Positions 1 through 14,168 of a stretch of DNA of 64,000 nucleotides are shown piece by piece. This stretch comes from the human T2T-CHM13v2.0 reference genome, Homo sapiens. A program made the translations under genes and the position numbers. The stretch is taken from NCBI RefSeq assembly GCF_009914755.1, contig NC_060938.1, one strand, 5' to 3'. Position 1 is the first letter of the stretch; the number at the start of each line of letters is the position of its first letter. Below the pieces are notes generated by a model that was not told the origin of the DNA, made no database searches, and saw nothing but the letters and a program-made list of their open reading frames with translations.

Positions 1-246
1 ATTTAATTTTTCAACTTTCTATATTCATTGAGTTTTATCCATCATTTTTTTTACTCAGAAAACTTTAAAATTAACTTTTTAAAAACTTAATTTTAAAAAA
101 TTAATTTAAAAAGATCTCCATGCTGGGAAAAATTACTTTCTCTTTAACAGAAACCAGATTCCCATGCCTTCTTAGAAGCTTTTTATCAAAAACACAAAAC
201 AACTTTATACACTTTGCATATATAACTGTTTCTCTTATAGCTAGTA

Positions 247-563
<317 letters not shown>

Positions 564-3426
564 ATAGCTAGTATAATTATATACATAAACTGTAATGTTA
601 CTTCTTAGTAACTCTTATTCTTAGTGAAAAACTGAGGAAGTAAGTAATTCTAATTAAGCACCAGATACAGAGTCCAAGACAAAGGACAATCCCTGGAGCT
701 AGGCTTCACAATCTCCTAAAGGCCCAAATCCAAAAACATAGTTTATAGACAAGTTAAGTGTCAAAAATTGTCATAAAAACACATTTTATGATCTTAAAAC
801 ATCTAGCAGAGATAATATCTGAACAATAGGCCAATAGACAGACAAAATGTCTAAATTAAATTTGGAAGAGGTTTCTATTTTATTTTATTTCACCAATAAT
901 TTTTAAATTGTCTTTATTTGTTAAAGATTACTAAAGTCACATGAACTTAAAGGTGTTTGAGTTAAGGTTTCTATTTTTCTCATAAAATATTTAAGTGTTT
1001 ACTTTTTAAGCCAATTAATTAGAACTCTTTCACATATTTTGGTTGTGAAACATCACATACACATAACACATATAAATATATAGACACTAGACACACAGAC
1101 ACACAGACAGAAGCAGATCTTGTAGAACTATATGATTTTTTATTTACCAAATTTAAGTAGTTGTTTTTATTCACAGTTTCAATTACCTATTTTATTGCTC
1201 TAGGCAACTGTTAGGCGACCCTAAATTTGCATTTCTGAAGTGATAACTCTCAGGTGAAACAAGATAAAGGATTTGCATCTCAAAATACAGACAGAGACAG
1301 GGAATTTAAGCTCTTTAAATTTGGTTGTGTTAGAGGAAGATTGAAAACATGGATGCCAAGTAACACAAAATTATATAAATTTATCACGGGCTTTTATAAG
1401 GTGACCAATTTCATTTAGATAGGTGCTTTTAATTTAGTCTCTTTTTTATCTGGACCATTGAATTCAAAGCATAACTCACACTAAATCTTGGGTCCCCCAA
1501 AAGAGGTAAACACCATGGGGATTAGGACACGCCATGTTTTCACTGTACATTTCACTGCAAATACATTTCCCCTGAGGCTGGTGGGCAACCCATTGCCAAT
1601 CAGCCCACTCTGCGATCAGCCCAGTCCTTAGCCATTATACACACCAAAGGCAAGCTTTTCACAATAAAAAGAAATTTCTAGTAACTCCAGAAGCAAAAAT
1701 TTCTGGTAGTGCAATGCAAAGGAGAGAAGAGTTTTAGATCTGAGAAGACACTGTCCATTTTCAACTCTTGGGATTCCCTGAGGAAAAAAATAGCAGTTTC
1801 TCCCATAAATGGGTCTGTGGCACATTTTCTGTTTTTTCTTAAGGAATCCCAGGCTGTTAGAATTTTTTGTTGTTGTTGTTTGTTTGTTTGTTTTTGTCTT
1901 CTTATGTGGCACTGAGGGTGGCAAGAGGAAGGAAAGGGCGATAGAAAGAGAGAGACAGAGGGAGTGCACATTCCTAGCAGCGGTTTAAGAAGAAATTCAG
2001 TTGCCTGAGAAATGTTTACAGAGAGAGAGAGAACAGAGGCCTTAAAGCAGTAAGTAAATACATACATAGCCTAAATATCAGTTTTAATTAAGTCAACTTT
2101 TGACTATAGAGCCCTTTAAATAAATCCTGTCAAATCTCTTATTATCAGATTTTAGCTGAGACAAACAGTTGATATTTCTGACTTTTGAACTTCTTTACCA
2201 AAAGATATACCCCCAGGTGCCTTAATCAAGGTTATTATATAACCGTGGGTACACAAGCTGTCTCCAAAGAGTTGGCAAGCATTTTTTAACAAGATCCAGA
2301 ATCACCCCAAAGATCGCTCAGCGAAGGAAAGTTTCATTACCAATAAATGGGGTATAACCCATATTTCTGTCAGGCCATGTTTTTAGAGTCTTACCTTCTC
2401 AGCTGACCATATGCACACAAAGGCCCCAAAGCCTCATGTGCCCCCAACAGATGAAAAAAGACAGGAAACAAAAAGCTATGGAAGTGGGAAAGATCAATCA
2501 TAAAGATCAATAATAAATTGATACCCAACAAAAAAGTCACACAAATATTAAACCGAGAGGGGCTGGATCCCTGACCAGTAATCAGACTCACCCTGTGGAT
2601 GTGAAAGTGCAGAATTTTAACTATTAGGCCACAGGTGGAGTGGCCTTTGTTTTTCCTTTACCAGAAAGCAAACCCAAGCCTCTGCAGGAATTTTACCTAC
2701 CAGAACCGGTTTAGGTCAGATTTTTCACTCTTAATTTAGTCAAGAGAATTTTTAAGGCTGGCCATGACACTATTATATGTCCTTTTTAAATGTGATCTCT
2801 TTGTTAATAGTTTAGAATAAGAGATCCCTAAAATCTTTAAATTAATTGCACCGAAAGAAAGGATGGGAAAAGGGTCTCGTTGTGTAAATGAAACTTCTCA
2901 GGTAGTCAAATTGTTGACCTTTCTTACCCAGCCAGGGTTTTTAGAAGTGAAAATTGACTTTCTCCAGCTGCAGAGTTTCATTCAACATTAGAGGGGGCCA
3001 GGAGTTGGTAAAGTCTAACAGAAGGTGGACCAAAACTGAAAAGAAAAACCAGAAAAAGTGATCACAGAATTCACATATAATTGCGATCTCTCAGCATAAG
3101 GGTAAGTTATAGCCAACTGACAATAAACCTTGCCCTTCAGCTACCAAATCCCAATATGAAACCAGCTCCTTACCTGGAGATGGACCCAAGCTGAAGACTG
3201 CTGTCTGCCATCATGGAAGCAGAAACTACCAGAAAAGGAGTTTTACAGCAGAATAAACCTCAGATCCCAATTGAAAATTTGGGGGAGATCAGGGATCTCT
3301 GGAGGGAGAAGTTCCCAGAACTTACATAGCAAATCATCCAATCTGTAAGAGTAATAAAGAGCTCCAGCCGGTACCAGGGCCCCAATAGGAGACCTGCTGG
3401 AGGCCAAGAGCCAGACTCCACTCAGA

Positions 3427-3444
3427 GTCCCTTCGTGGTCACCA
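3427..3444 (-). other. Retroviral primer-binding site, tRNA-Arg-like
   Basis: The - strand reads TGGTGACCACGAAGGGAC, 3 nt after the LTR end. It is complementary to a tRNA-Arg 3' end (…GTCCCTTCGTGGTCGCCA, recalled) with one mismatch. Confidence 0.75.
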
Positions 3445-3447
3445 ACA

Positions 3448-3924
3448 TGTAAACCAAAAAGTGACTGAGGCAGATCTCTATTGATTAGAGGTTTATTTTG
3501 CCAGTCGAGGATATGCCTGGGAAATAGAAACATAAGTCACAGTAGGATCCTTGACCTGTGTTTTTCCAAAGAGGGTTTTGGAAACTTAACTATTTAAGGT
3601 GTAAGAGCAAGCAGGAGGGAAAGGGGAAAAAAGGAGGGACAGTAGGCAATGAGACAAGTGGTTACATTCTTATAAGGCTTTGATTAACACTCAATGAATC
3701 CACATTTTGTGTGTGAAAAAAAGAGAGTAGAGGAAAAAATCAATTAAGCATTCATCTCATCCTCAGTAAATCTACATTTTACATACGATAGAGTAAGCAT
3801 GTGAAATTAGAGTTACCTGTTTGGGAACAGAAGGAAGGCAGTGTTTTGTGTGACTCCGTTTCCAACCTTAATTTTCCCCTTGGCATAATAACTTTGTGGT
3901 TTTCAGATTTTATTTTTCTTTCCA
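3448..3924 (-). mobile_element. ERV1 5' LTR (MER4-group-like)
   Basis: TG...CA-bounded, ~480 bp, AATAAA on the - strand near 3495, adjacent PBS. Confidence 0.7.
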
Positions 3925-4486
3925 GATTGAGATTCCCATAACCCCCCATTTGAGTTCAATTAATAATTAATTTGCTAGAACATCTCATAGAACTCAGAGA
4001 AACACTTACTTACATTTACTAGTTTATTATAAAGGCATACATATATTACAAAGCATAAGGATGAAGAGATGCAAAGGGCAAGGTATGGGGGAAAGGGGTG
4101 CAGAGCGTCCTCACTGTCTTGGGGCACACCGCTCTCAAGGAACCTCCATGTGTTCAGCTATCTGGAAGCTCTCTGAACCTAGTCCTTTTAGGTTTTTATG
4201 GAAGATTCATTAAACAGGCATAATTGATTAAATCATTGGCCATTGGTAGTCAACCTTCAGACTCTCTCCCCTTCCCAGATATTGGGGATGGAGCTGAAAG
4301 TCCCAACTCTCTAATCATGCCTTTGTCTCTCCCATCCCCCATCCTGAAGTTACCCAGGGGCTGCCAGCCATCCGTTCAGTCAATCATTAACAAAGATAAG
4401 ACATCGCTTCAGAGTTTCTAAGTATTTTAGGAGTCGTATGTCAGGAAAAGGGGTCAAAGATTGAATATATACTTCATAATATCACA
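3925..4486. mobile_element. MER21-like LTR fragment
   Basis: Motif ATTTGCTAGAA..CATAGAACTCAGAGAAACACTTACTTACATTTACTAGTTTATTATAAAGG and terminus ..ATAATATCACA. Confidence 0.55.
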
Positions 4487-4795
4487 AGTCATAAAACTGA
4501 ATAGTACTTAGCAACCAAAAGAAATAAAGTACTGATTCTTTCACCAATATGGATAAATTTTAAAGCATTATTCTGAAAGAAATAAGCTAGACACAAAAGA
4601 ATACCTACCATATAATTGTATACATACGAAATTTTAGAAAAAAGCAAATCTGATCGATGGTGACAAAAATCAGATCAGTAGTTTCCAGGTATTGGGAATG
4701 GAAGAAGGACATTGACAACAGTAAGTCACATAGGAACTTAAAAGGTGATAAAATATTCTATATGTTGATTAGGATAGTGGTTACACAGATGTAAA

Positions 4796-5277
4796 TGAGG
4801 GAAGAGAGAGACCCTCTCGTACTGTTTTATATTGTTTTATACTCAGTACCTGTTTTAAGAAAAAACAACAAGGAAGTAAAACCAAAGACAGGCAGCCTGA
4901 CGCCAGGCCCGAAACCAGGTCTGGGCCTGCCTGGCCTAAACCCAGTAGTTAAAAATCAACTCATAACTTAGAAACTGATGTTATTCATAGATTCCAGACA
5001 TTGTATAGAAGAACACTGTGAAACTCCCTGCCCTGTTCTGTTTCTCTCTGACCACTGGTGCATGCAGCCCCTGTCACATACCTCCTGCTTGCTCAAATCA
5101 ATCACAACCCTTTCATGTGAAATCTTTAGTGTTGTGAGCCCTTAAAAGGGACAGAAATTGTGCACTTGGGGAGCTTGGATTTTAAGGCAGTAGTGTGCCG
5201 ATGCTCCCAGCTGAATAAAGCCCTTCCTTCTACAACTTGGTGTCTGAGAGGTTTTGTCTGTGGCTCATCCTGCTACA
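4796..5277 (+). mobile_element. Solo LTR, LTR2 family (HERV-E/Harlequin; LTR2B-like), inserted in an old L1 3' fragment
   Basis: Starts TGAGGGAAGAGAGAGACCCTCTC and ends TTTTGTCTGTGGCTCATCCTGCTACA. TATA-like CTTAAAA at ~5141, AATAAA at ~5214. Flanks TAAA/TATA. Confidence 0.8.
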
Positions 5278-5939
5278 TATACATTTTTCAAAAACAGCTT
5301 GACTGTTATGCTTAAAATGTGATATATTATTTCATGTAATTTATATTCAATAAAATTAATCTAAAAAAGATTAATAAAAGGATTTAGATTCTAGATCTCA
5401 TGATAATCTGTAACACTTCTTTTAACTCAATAGAAGTAATTCCTCTGTTTTAATTTTGGGCAAAAAATAAAAGAAAGAGATAAGATAACAAGAAGTAGGA
5501 AAAGGAAGGTAACAAGAGGTAGTATGCAGGAATTAAAATTCATTCTCTTAAATTAGAGGACGATTACATCCCAGGTTCTTCATTTACTGTATACGTGATC
5601 TTGAGCATGTGTCTGAGCCTCTGTCTCCTCTCTGTAATAATTTCTCACAAGATTCAACTGTCTCACAAGGGGAGGATTAAGTAATAATATGTACATAATG
5701 TTCCTAGAGCATGATAAATGTTCAGTGAATTTTATCTAGTATTTTTATTATTAACCAAAGGTGGTCATTTTAAGTGAGCCTAGGTTCTCTAAATCAAATT
5801 ATGGGTGGTAATCAACATGGTATGGCAGCTCCAGAATATTTTTTTAATCTGGGCAACTTGAGGGGCTAGGGGTAAAAGTAGAGAAAAAAGATAATTGTAT
5901 TATTATCTCAGAAACTGTCCAGTAGCCTGGAATCCCAAG

Positions 5940-6362
5940 TGCTATAGTTTGAATGTTTGTCCCCTTCAAATCTCATGTTGAAATGTGATCCCCAGTGTCA
6001 GAATTAGGGTTGAATGGGAGGTGCTTGGGTCATGGAGGCAGATCCCTCTGAATAGATTAATGCTCTGGAGTGGAGAGAATGAATAAGTTCTCACTCTGTT
6101 AGTTCCCAAGAGAACTGGTTGTTGAAAAGAGCCTCGTATGTCCCCCTCTCTATTGCTTCCTCTCTCACTTTGTGATCTCTGCAAACAACAGCTCCCCTTT
6201 GCCTTCCACCATGAGTGGAAGGAGCCGGAGGCCCTCACCAGAAGCAGATGCTGGTGCCATTCTTCTTGTATACTCTACAAAATCATGAGCCAAATAAATT
6301 TATTTTCTTTATAAATTACCCAGTCTCAGTATTCCTTTATAGTAACATAAAATGGACTACGA
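5940..6362 (+). mobile_element. MaLR solo LTR (MST-like)
   Basis: TGCTATAGTTTGAATGTTTGTCCCC...AATAAA..ATAAATTACCCAGTCTCAG..AAATGGACTA. Confidence 0.8.
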
Positions 6363-7038
6363 TGATGGGAAATAATATTTTATCAATGGAAGTGATCTTC
6401 TATTATAACTGAGCCAAGAGAAATAAAATTGAATAGAATGGAAGTTTTCTTTTGTCTTAACAAAGTTACCAAAATCACACATTGGGAGGATAAGCAGAAG
6501 TCTAAGATAATCAGAAAACAGAGTAGACTGCAAAAGAATTGTTTGAAATCATCAATTAAGATGGAAAGGAGGCAGGGAAAACATCATAGTTTCTAGTATC
6601 ACCCTGAAATTTTGTGTGTAACAATATATGTATGTCTATCTACATCCAAGGATACAAAACCACATCTGTATTTTAAAGTAAAATATATTTTCTTCACTCA
6701 AAAAAATATATAGGTATCTTTTTAATCTCAGTCTAAATCTGGGAATAAAATTTTGTGGCCCCAAAATGTCTGGAGAATAACTAAGCAAACTTTGCTAGGG
6801 AAAGAGCTGTCTTAAACACATCTAGTGGCTCAATTTAGTCTGTGCAAGTATGGGCAGGATATGATTTAACAACTTGTCCCTGCCCCTGCCTTCCCCACTA
6901 TACCACTTTCTTTCCTATTCTGAGACAGATGCATTGCTCACCTCCAATAATTCTAGGTGGAGCTTTATACAAAACTGAATAAAGTAGGTCTCAGGCTCTG
7001 AGCAGGCAGTTTTTTTTCCTAGAAATAGAGGTGCCAAC

Positions 7039-7630
7039 ATGACTGTTGGCAGCATATTACGGGCACTCATGGCCTCTGCCTTCCTTGGTAAGGACAGTAG
7101 CTGATAGGCTGAGGACAGTCTAGGACTGGGAGAAGACAGTGGGGAGGGAAGAGGGGATGAACAACTGGTCATATGTGACAAACACTCAGGTGTAATAAGA
7201 AGGAAGAGGAAAGGAACCAGATTCTGACTCCTGCCTTTACTGAAGATTTAACCCCTGCCCCAAAAGTTCTTGGAAGCTCTCTTACAGGTCAGCTCAGGGG
7301 ACCAATCTTGTTATTTCTTCTCATTTACGGGATCCAGCATGTCACAGAGGGTCATTCAATCCCAACCAGCAATATCTACGCAGGAGGGTGAGACCGTGAA
7401 ACTGGACTGTGCATACAAAACTAATATTGTATATTACATATTGTATTGGTACAAAAGGTCTCCCAATGGGAAGATTATTTTCCTCATTTATCAGCAAACA
7501 GATGCAGAAACCAATGCGACACAGGGTCAATATTCTGTGAGCTTCCAGAAAGCAACTAAAACTATTCAGCTTATCATATCATCATCACAGCCAGAAGACC
7601 TGCAACATATTTCTGTTGTCTCAAAGAGCC
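7039..7630 (+). pseudogene. TRAV31: TCR alpha variable pseudogene (leader 7039-7087, V exon ~7331-7630)
   Basis: Leader MTVGSILRALMASAFL+G|gtaagg. V exon reads GSSMSQRVIQSQPAIS..VKLDCAY..LYWYKR. Splice acceptor is ACGG (7327-7330) instead of ACAG. A 1-nt deletion near 7600 (GAC CT GCA ACA TAT TTC TGT) puts the YFC motif out of frame. Name from sequence type and locus order. Confidence 0.88.
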
Positions 7631-7668
7631 CACTGTGAAGAACATGTTAGAAGAGCCTTACAAAAAGA
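7631..7668 (+). other. V-RSS of TRAV31
   Basis: CACTGTG + 22 nt + ACAAAAAGA. Confidence 0.8.
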
Positions 7669-10600
7669 TCGGAACTCAACCTGAGGCAATTGCCTATTCC
7701 CACATTCTCAGGAAAAACTCACAAACCTTACCCAGGCATTTGTTAGCAGCTGGTGGTTAGGGTGCATAAGATAAGACCCAGAAAGGAAGTCATTGAGTTC
7801 ATTCCAGGAAGCACACCCTCACAACTGCCTTAGAAACCACACAGGACCACATGTAAAAGCCATACTGCTCGGATGACATCACATCTCTATTTCTTCCCAT
7901 GGAGTATGCCGTTTAAAAAAGCAACATGTGAAACATGGAATTTTAAAGCTTAATTGATTGTACAGGACTTTATATCTGCTCAACCAAATCTCTTGAGGAA
8001 AATAGTATGGAAGACACTAGGGAAAAAAAACACGCATACAAAATAAAGATTTTTATGGCAGGATCCCTAAACACTGGCCAGAGAGATGCAATCTTGGTGA
8101 GACTATAGACTGGAGTACTTTTGGACCATGTAGAACAGCAGCCTATTCTGGACCAGATGCATTTTTCTATCTCCTTGGCTACATTTCACTCTAATCCTGC
8201 CAACTCCAGCTTGGCTTACCATGCTTTCTGATTCTCATGTTCCTTGCAGCTGGGTCTGCTAGTTGGGTCCTCCCTGCAGTCACATGCCTATCACAAGATT
8301 TGGTTAACCACAACAGAGAAAGGAGATATGTGGGGAGACACTGCTACAGATGCTAGGATCTGTAGTTAATCTTGTAGCCACCTAACTAATTCATGGAAAC
8401 TCCAGAAATGAGACTGCAGTTTCTAAATCCCGTATTTCTTTATTCAGTCCCCAAACCCAATTGTTTCGGTCAAGCACATAAGACTAGTCTTCTGACTCTG
8501 ATGAGTCATTTTTCTTCCCTACAGATTCTCCTAAAAATCCCTCCTATGAATCCTCTGCTAAGGATGCTAAGTGAACCCTATCACATGTGGCTGCAGGCCT
8601 GACACAGTGCCTAAGCCTTAACCTTCCTCTTCTCTTAATTCTGTGCTCTCAGCTAAGGTTTTGACAACTTGCCAACACCAAAACTGGAATACACAAAGTA
8701 TCTGCCCTTTCTTGGTTGTTACCTATTTCAGAGCAAACTGGACATTCCTCCTCTAAAATTTTATCTATCTGAATTCAAAATAAGATTGCCATACTTGGAT
8801 TCTTACTCTCATTGGTTCAGTCAATCACTTGTTCATTCAGGAAATGAAAATATGTCCTACGCAAAGCTCTTCAGTTGCTTCTAATTGTTTCAAGAGAAAT
8901 ATCCAAGTTCTCTTGTATGGATTAAAAATTGTTTCTCTCCATATTTTTTTTATTAAGCCCAAGGTAGATAAAAATGTGGAGACTGCTCTGTAGATATTCA
9001 TAATATCCATAATTGCATCTTCAAAATCTATGAAGAGCCCAGAGAAAACCCATCCGAACCAAAGTAAATTGTAATTATCTAATTCCTCAGCCTTGCTATG
9101 TTTCTTGGGATTTCTCCTTATTGAGTCCAAATTTACTACCATGACTCACAACCTAACTGAAGCCACAGAATAAATAACTCAGACACTTGCCAATTCTTCC
9201 ATCAAGCGGCCCAATAAAGACTCTAGTCTCTGTGAGACTTTTAACAATTAAATATAAAATTCTCTCAACATTTTTTGAGAAAAGACCTTAGTCTTCTTTT
9301 AAAAGAAAATGGAAGGGAAAATGGTGCAGCAGAAGGGAAAACAATGCCCTCCTTCTCAGACTGAATAGGAGAGAGGTATTTCAATTATGATCTGTGATGT
9401 ACAGTGATAATATGATTTGCAATGCTTCTTATGGTTCAGAGAGAATACTGACAAAGGTCTTGCGTTTCTGATACCAATATTTCAATTTTAGATGCAATGG
9501 AAGATGGCTAGAGTTCCCATTCCTGCTAGAAAAGAGTGTTGCTTCTGCCTCAATAAGTAAAGCTGGATAAATAGAAAAATTGTAACTTTGCTTTAACCCA
9601 TCAGAGACCTGAGATTACAGGGCAAATAAGTAGGCTGGACTCCAATGAGGAAAACACTCCTCCAAGGGAGACAGGCAGCTTATGGACTGGCACAACTGCA
9701 GCAGAGCATAGAAAAAGAAATGTTATCTGCCATACAAGCAAGAAAAAGAAACTGGGTAAAAGATTGAGTGAGAGCTATCATCAGAATATAGAACTGCTGG
9801 GAGTTGCAGACATAGAAGGAGTTTATATTCACTGGTAGGGCCATTTCACAGATGTTGGAAGAAGTAATTAGGGGCAGGGTGAGACACAGAGAGAGCCCCA
9901 GCAAAAGTGTAGGCTTACAAGACATAATTGGCAGTCACTGCAGGAAAGCACAAATCCCAGCATTCTTGCCTAAATCAGCCTCTTGCAGGAGGAAAAGCTT
10001 TAAGCTGTTGGGGATGGGGCTAAAGACCTGACAGCGCATTCTGTCACCCCCTAGAGCACAGGTTAAGATCCACAACAGCAAAGAAAAGAGTCAAGGGAAA
10101 AAAATCTCTACCTTTGGGTAGAGACAGGAAACCATTCTGAGCTGAAGACCCTGTAACAATACCATTCTAATTTTGCTACCTGTAAGAAAGAAGCAGAAAA
10201 CTCTCTCACACCACACCCACAGAGAAACACGGCAGTGTTTGGCTGCCACAGGGAGGAAAGGTATGAATGCTGAGAAAACCCTAAATCCAAGATCCAAGCA
10301 CATGGGGCCAGTCTAAGATTGAAGCTGGACCAAGACAACAGAGAAGTCCACCTACCCACACAGCGAGCCTCGTAAGCACTAAATAACAAGCAACGGCAAA
10401 CTATTGCTAGAGGAGTGAGGGGTGAGGAACAGAAAGAGAGATCCTCTTTGTGCTGAAGGAATTCAGGGACAGCTAAAAGCTGAGGTAGAGTACTCTAAAA
10501 AATAGAGATTCATAAATCAATAGTAATTCAAGAAGCCAGCTTTTAAGTGGCTCACAAAGCAGTAAGATGGTTTTAGGAAAACTTATGTATTTAAGGATAG

Positions 10601-12090
10601 TATTCTAGACCTTCTATTTTCAGATCCTTCTACTTCCTACTTTCTATTCCTGGAGACAACATGGTTGGATACCACTATCAGAGCCATATTAGGCTGACTG
10701 AACCACCATTGTGACTTGCATTATATTATCTTCTCTCAATTCTTTATCTCCGTGGAGTTTTACCTTAAAAGATGTTCATTCATATACTTTTATTCACTAG
10801 GTATAACTATGAGGAAGCTGATAAAAAGGGATGTTTCTCATTAGTCTTTTGTTTATCTAAGATTTGTTGTAGGTTCTGATACATTAGCAGAATAATATAA
10901 TCAATACTTTGATTTGTTTATCAGATCTATCTAGGTTCATATGCTACCTCTTTGTGTTCTTGAACTTCTTCGAGTCTTTGAGGATTAAATGAAAGAATTG
11001 ATATCAAATTAAAAGCACAGTGGTTGGCATGTGGTAGGCACCAATAAGCCACTAATAACAGCTCTTGAAATACGTCATATCCTTTCATTGCTCCTTTACA
11101 ACATTGAGTTTATAACAGGGAAAAAAAATAAATATTATTGCACAGACTCCAAGAGACTATGGACTGGGACTCGAGTGCATAGCATTTTTTACTTGCAATG
11201 TACATTGCTGAAATCTAGACACCCCAAACTTCCTGCATCTGCTTAGGCTTTTCAATCACGGAAGACCACTGCACTCTGGCAGGAAAAATATCCAGATGCC
11301 TAACTTGGAAAATAAACTAAATTAGGCCATCTTGGGAAATGGCATATAGCTCTTTGGAGGGCAACTTTATATTTACCCTGTCTTCTGATATGTTGAATAA
11401 AAGAAGTTTAAATGAGACATCTGCTTTAGTATTTGGCATATTGATATAGGTGAGCTCTTACACTATGAAAGTATATTGGAAAGGATATGACAAAGAATAT
11501 GCTGCTAAAATCCCTGAAACTCGTTAACACTTAAAAGTGGTTGATTTCAATAATAAATTTCAGGCATCTCAGGAACTGATTTCCTCAAAAGTATGATTTA
11601 TAGCCATCTGATTGTGAAGGCATGAACATCCTCATTCTTTGACATTAAAGGAGAAACTTGGCAATTAGAGGGAGATGCATGGGCTTGATTCTAGTCAGTA
11701 AATGGTTCAGGCAGAGACAATGACATTAATCTGGGGCTTTTTATATTGGAAAACACAAGCCAAGAAAGAAGGTGCAAATATCTTTGCCATAATAATGCTG
11801 GTGTTATTATGATTTCACAAGAAGTAGGTGTGAATATGTTTTACTAATGAAAAAAATGCATTCATTCCTCAGATAGACTACAATGATTGGACTATCAAAG
11901 GAAAATTAGCTTTTTAAATACTAAGTTGTGTGTTTTCATGTACACGTATACACAAGTCCTGGCTGTAGCTTTACTGATACAGAGAAAACAAACTGAAATT
12001 GAAGCACTGACAATTTTCACCTACCCTCTACCTTTTTCATGGCAGCAGAGCTCACCGTGTCTTGCAAAGTTGTTAATAGCTCAAGCAAAC

Positions 12091-13058
12091 AAAGACCCCA
12101 TTGATATCCAATATATGTGCAAGATCCCATTGATATCCAATATATTAAAAAGGGACTTTGATCTGAGCTTTATTATCCTGTAGAATGGAGTGCTAATGTC
12201 TTGAAGTACAATGGAGCTAGTATACCAAATATCATGAGCTTAAGAACCAATAGAGAGGGAAAAAATGAGACAAGGAAACAAAAATTTTGATGTGTGATGG
12301 ATTCTATTGGTCTATCCATTGAAGCCTTGCTATATCAAGATACCTTTTAAATTTATACTGTTCAGAACGCATATTGAAACTGTCAGTAAAAAAGATCTCT
12401 CTACTCTTCCAACAGAGTCCATTGTATATTTGGTACAAAAATAAAACATCTAAGGTTGTATTCCATTCTTTTGAATGGAAGCTCAGATTAAAGTCCCTTT
12501 TAATGTCTTGCACATATATTAGATATCAATGGGATCTTTCTGCCAGCCAGCAGATAATTCCCCAATGCAGATGAAACCTGTTTTAAATAGTACTTCTACT
12601 TCAGAAACTAGTTACTAAAAATCTCTTTGGGAAAAAGTCAGGCACATAATTGTGATGTGTGATGGATTTCCTTGTCTCCCAATTTTTTCTCTCCTTGGTT
12701 CTTAAACCGATGACATTTAGTATACCAGCTCCATGGTACTTCAGGACCATGTACATCAATCCTCTCTACAGGATAATAAAGCTCAGATTAAAGTCTTTTT
12801 AAATGTCTTGCACATATATCAGATATCAGTGGGATCTTTCTGCCAGTTAGCAGATAATTCCTCAATGTGGATGAAACCTGTTTTAAATAGCACTTCTACT
12901 TGAGCCTGAGAGGCGGAGGTTGCAGTGAGCTGAGATCACACCACTACACTCCAGTCTGGGTGACGGAGTGAGACTCAGTCTCAAAAAAATAAAAAATATA
13001 TAGCACTCCTACTTCAGAAAGTAGTTATTAAAATCTCTTTGGGACAAAACTAGGCACA
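12091..13058. repeat. Local inverted plus direct duplication of unique sequence
   Basis: 12091-12278 is the reverse complement of 12667-12839. 12479-12646 is directly repeated at 12779-13058, where an Alu fragment interrupts it. Confidence 0.9.
12902..12999 (+). mobile_element. 5'-truncated Alu (3' ~90 nt)
   Basis: GAGGCGGAGGTTGCAGTGAGC..GACTCAGTCTC plus A tail. TSD ATAGCACT(T/C)CTACTT at 12887-12901 and 13000-13014. Confidence 0.9.
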
Positions 13059-13452
13059 CTGCTCTGAATACTTCATGAAATAATAATTTTTCCAACGCCT
13101 TTCTGAGCCAGGTGTTCCTGGTGTTACTAGAATGTTGGTCAGTTCTGCACAAATTTACCTAATTTACATCCTAAGATGCTCTACCTTTTCTTTGCAATAG
13201 CCATCAATTATGCCCCAATTTTTTAAAATAAATCTATTGATAATATCATGGAACTGGATGAGGAATTCTAATATTAAGTCTGCATGCCAATTCGTCCAAT
13301 TACTCAGTAGAGGAAAGCCTTCCAATTGAACTTCATTGTGTGCCTGCTTTTGTGCTTCTTTTATTTAAGCATTTTGAATATATGAGACTACTTTAGCCCT
13401 TCTATTCCATTCTCATTTCCTTTTCATCCAGTTAAACTTATTGAGAGCCTAA

Positions 13453-13817
<365 letters not shown>

Positions 13818-13860
13818 TGGAAGAAACAATCTTTATAATGTTTCTTAGGAACACCATCTG

Positions 13861-14168
13861 GGCTGGGCATGGTGGCTCACCTGTAATCCCAGCCCTTTAG
13901 GAGGCTGAGGTGGGTGGATCACTTGAGGTCAGGAGTTCGAAACCAGCCTGGCCAATATGGCGAAACCCCATCTCTACTAAAAAGAAAATAAAAAAATTAG
14001 CCAGGTGCAGTGGTGCATGCCTGTAATCCCAGCTACTTGGCAGGCTGAGGCAGGAGAATCGATTGAACCCGGGAAGTGGAGGTTGCGGTGAGCCAAGATC
14101 ATGCTACTTCACTCCATCCACCCTGGGCAACAGACCAAAACTCCATTAAAAAAAAAACAAAACAAAAC
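13861..14168 (+). mobile_element. Alu
   Basis: GGCTGGGCATGGTGGCTCAC... A tail. CACCATCTG repeated on both flanks. Confidence 0.93.

Noticed and set aside
11788-11811. 8-bp hairpin CATAATAA...TTATTATG
   Set aside because: A short AT-rich stem expected by chance in 64 kb.
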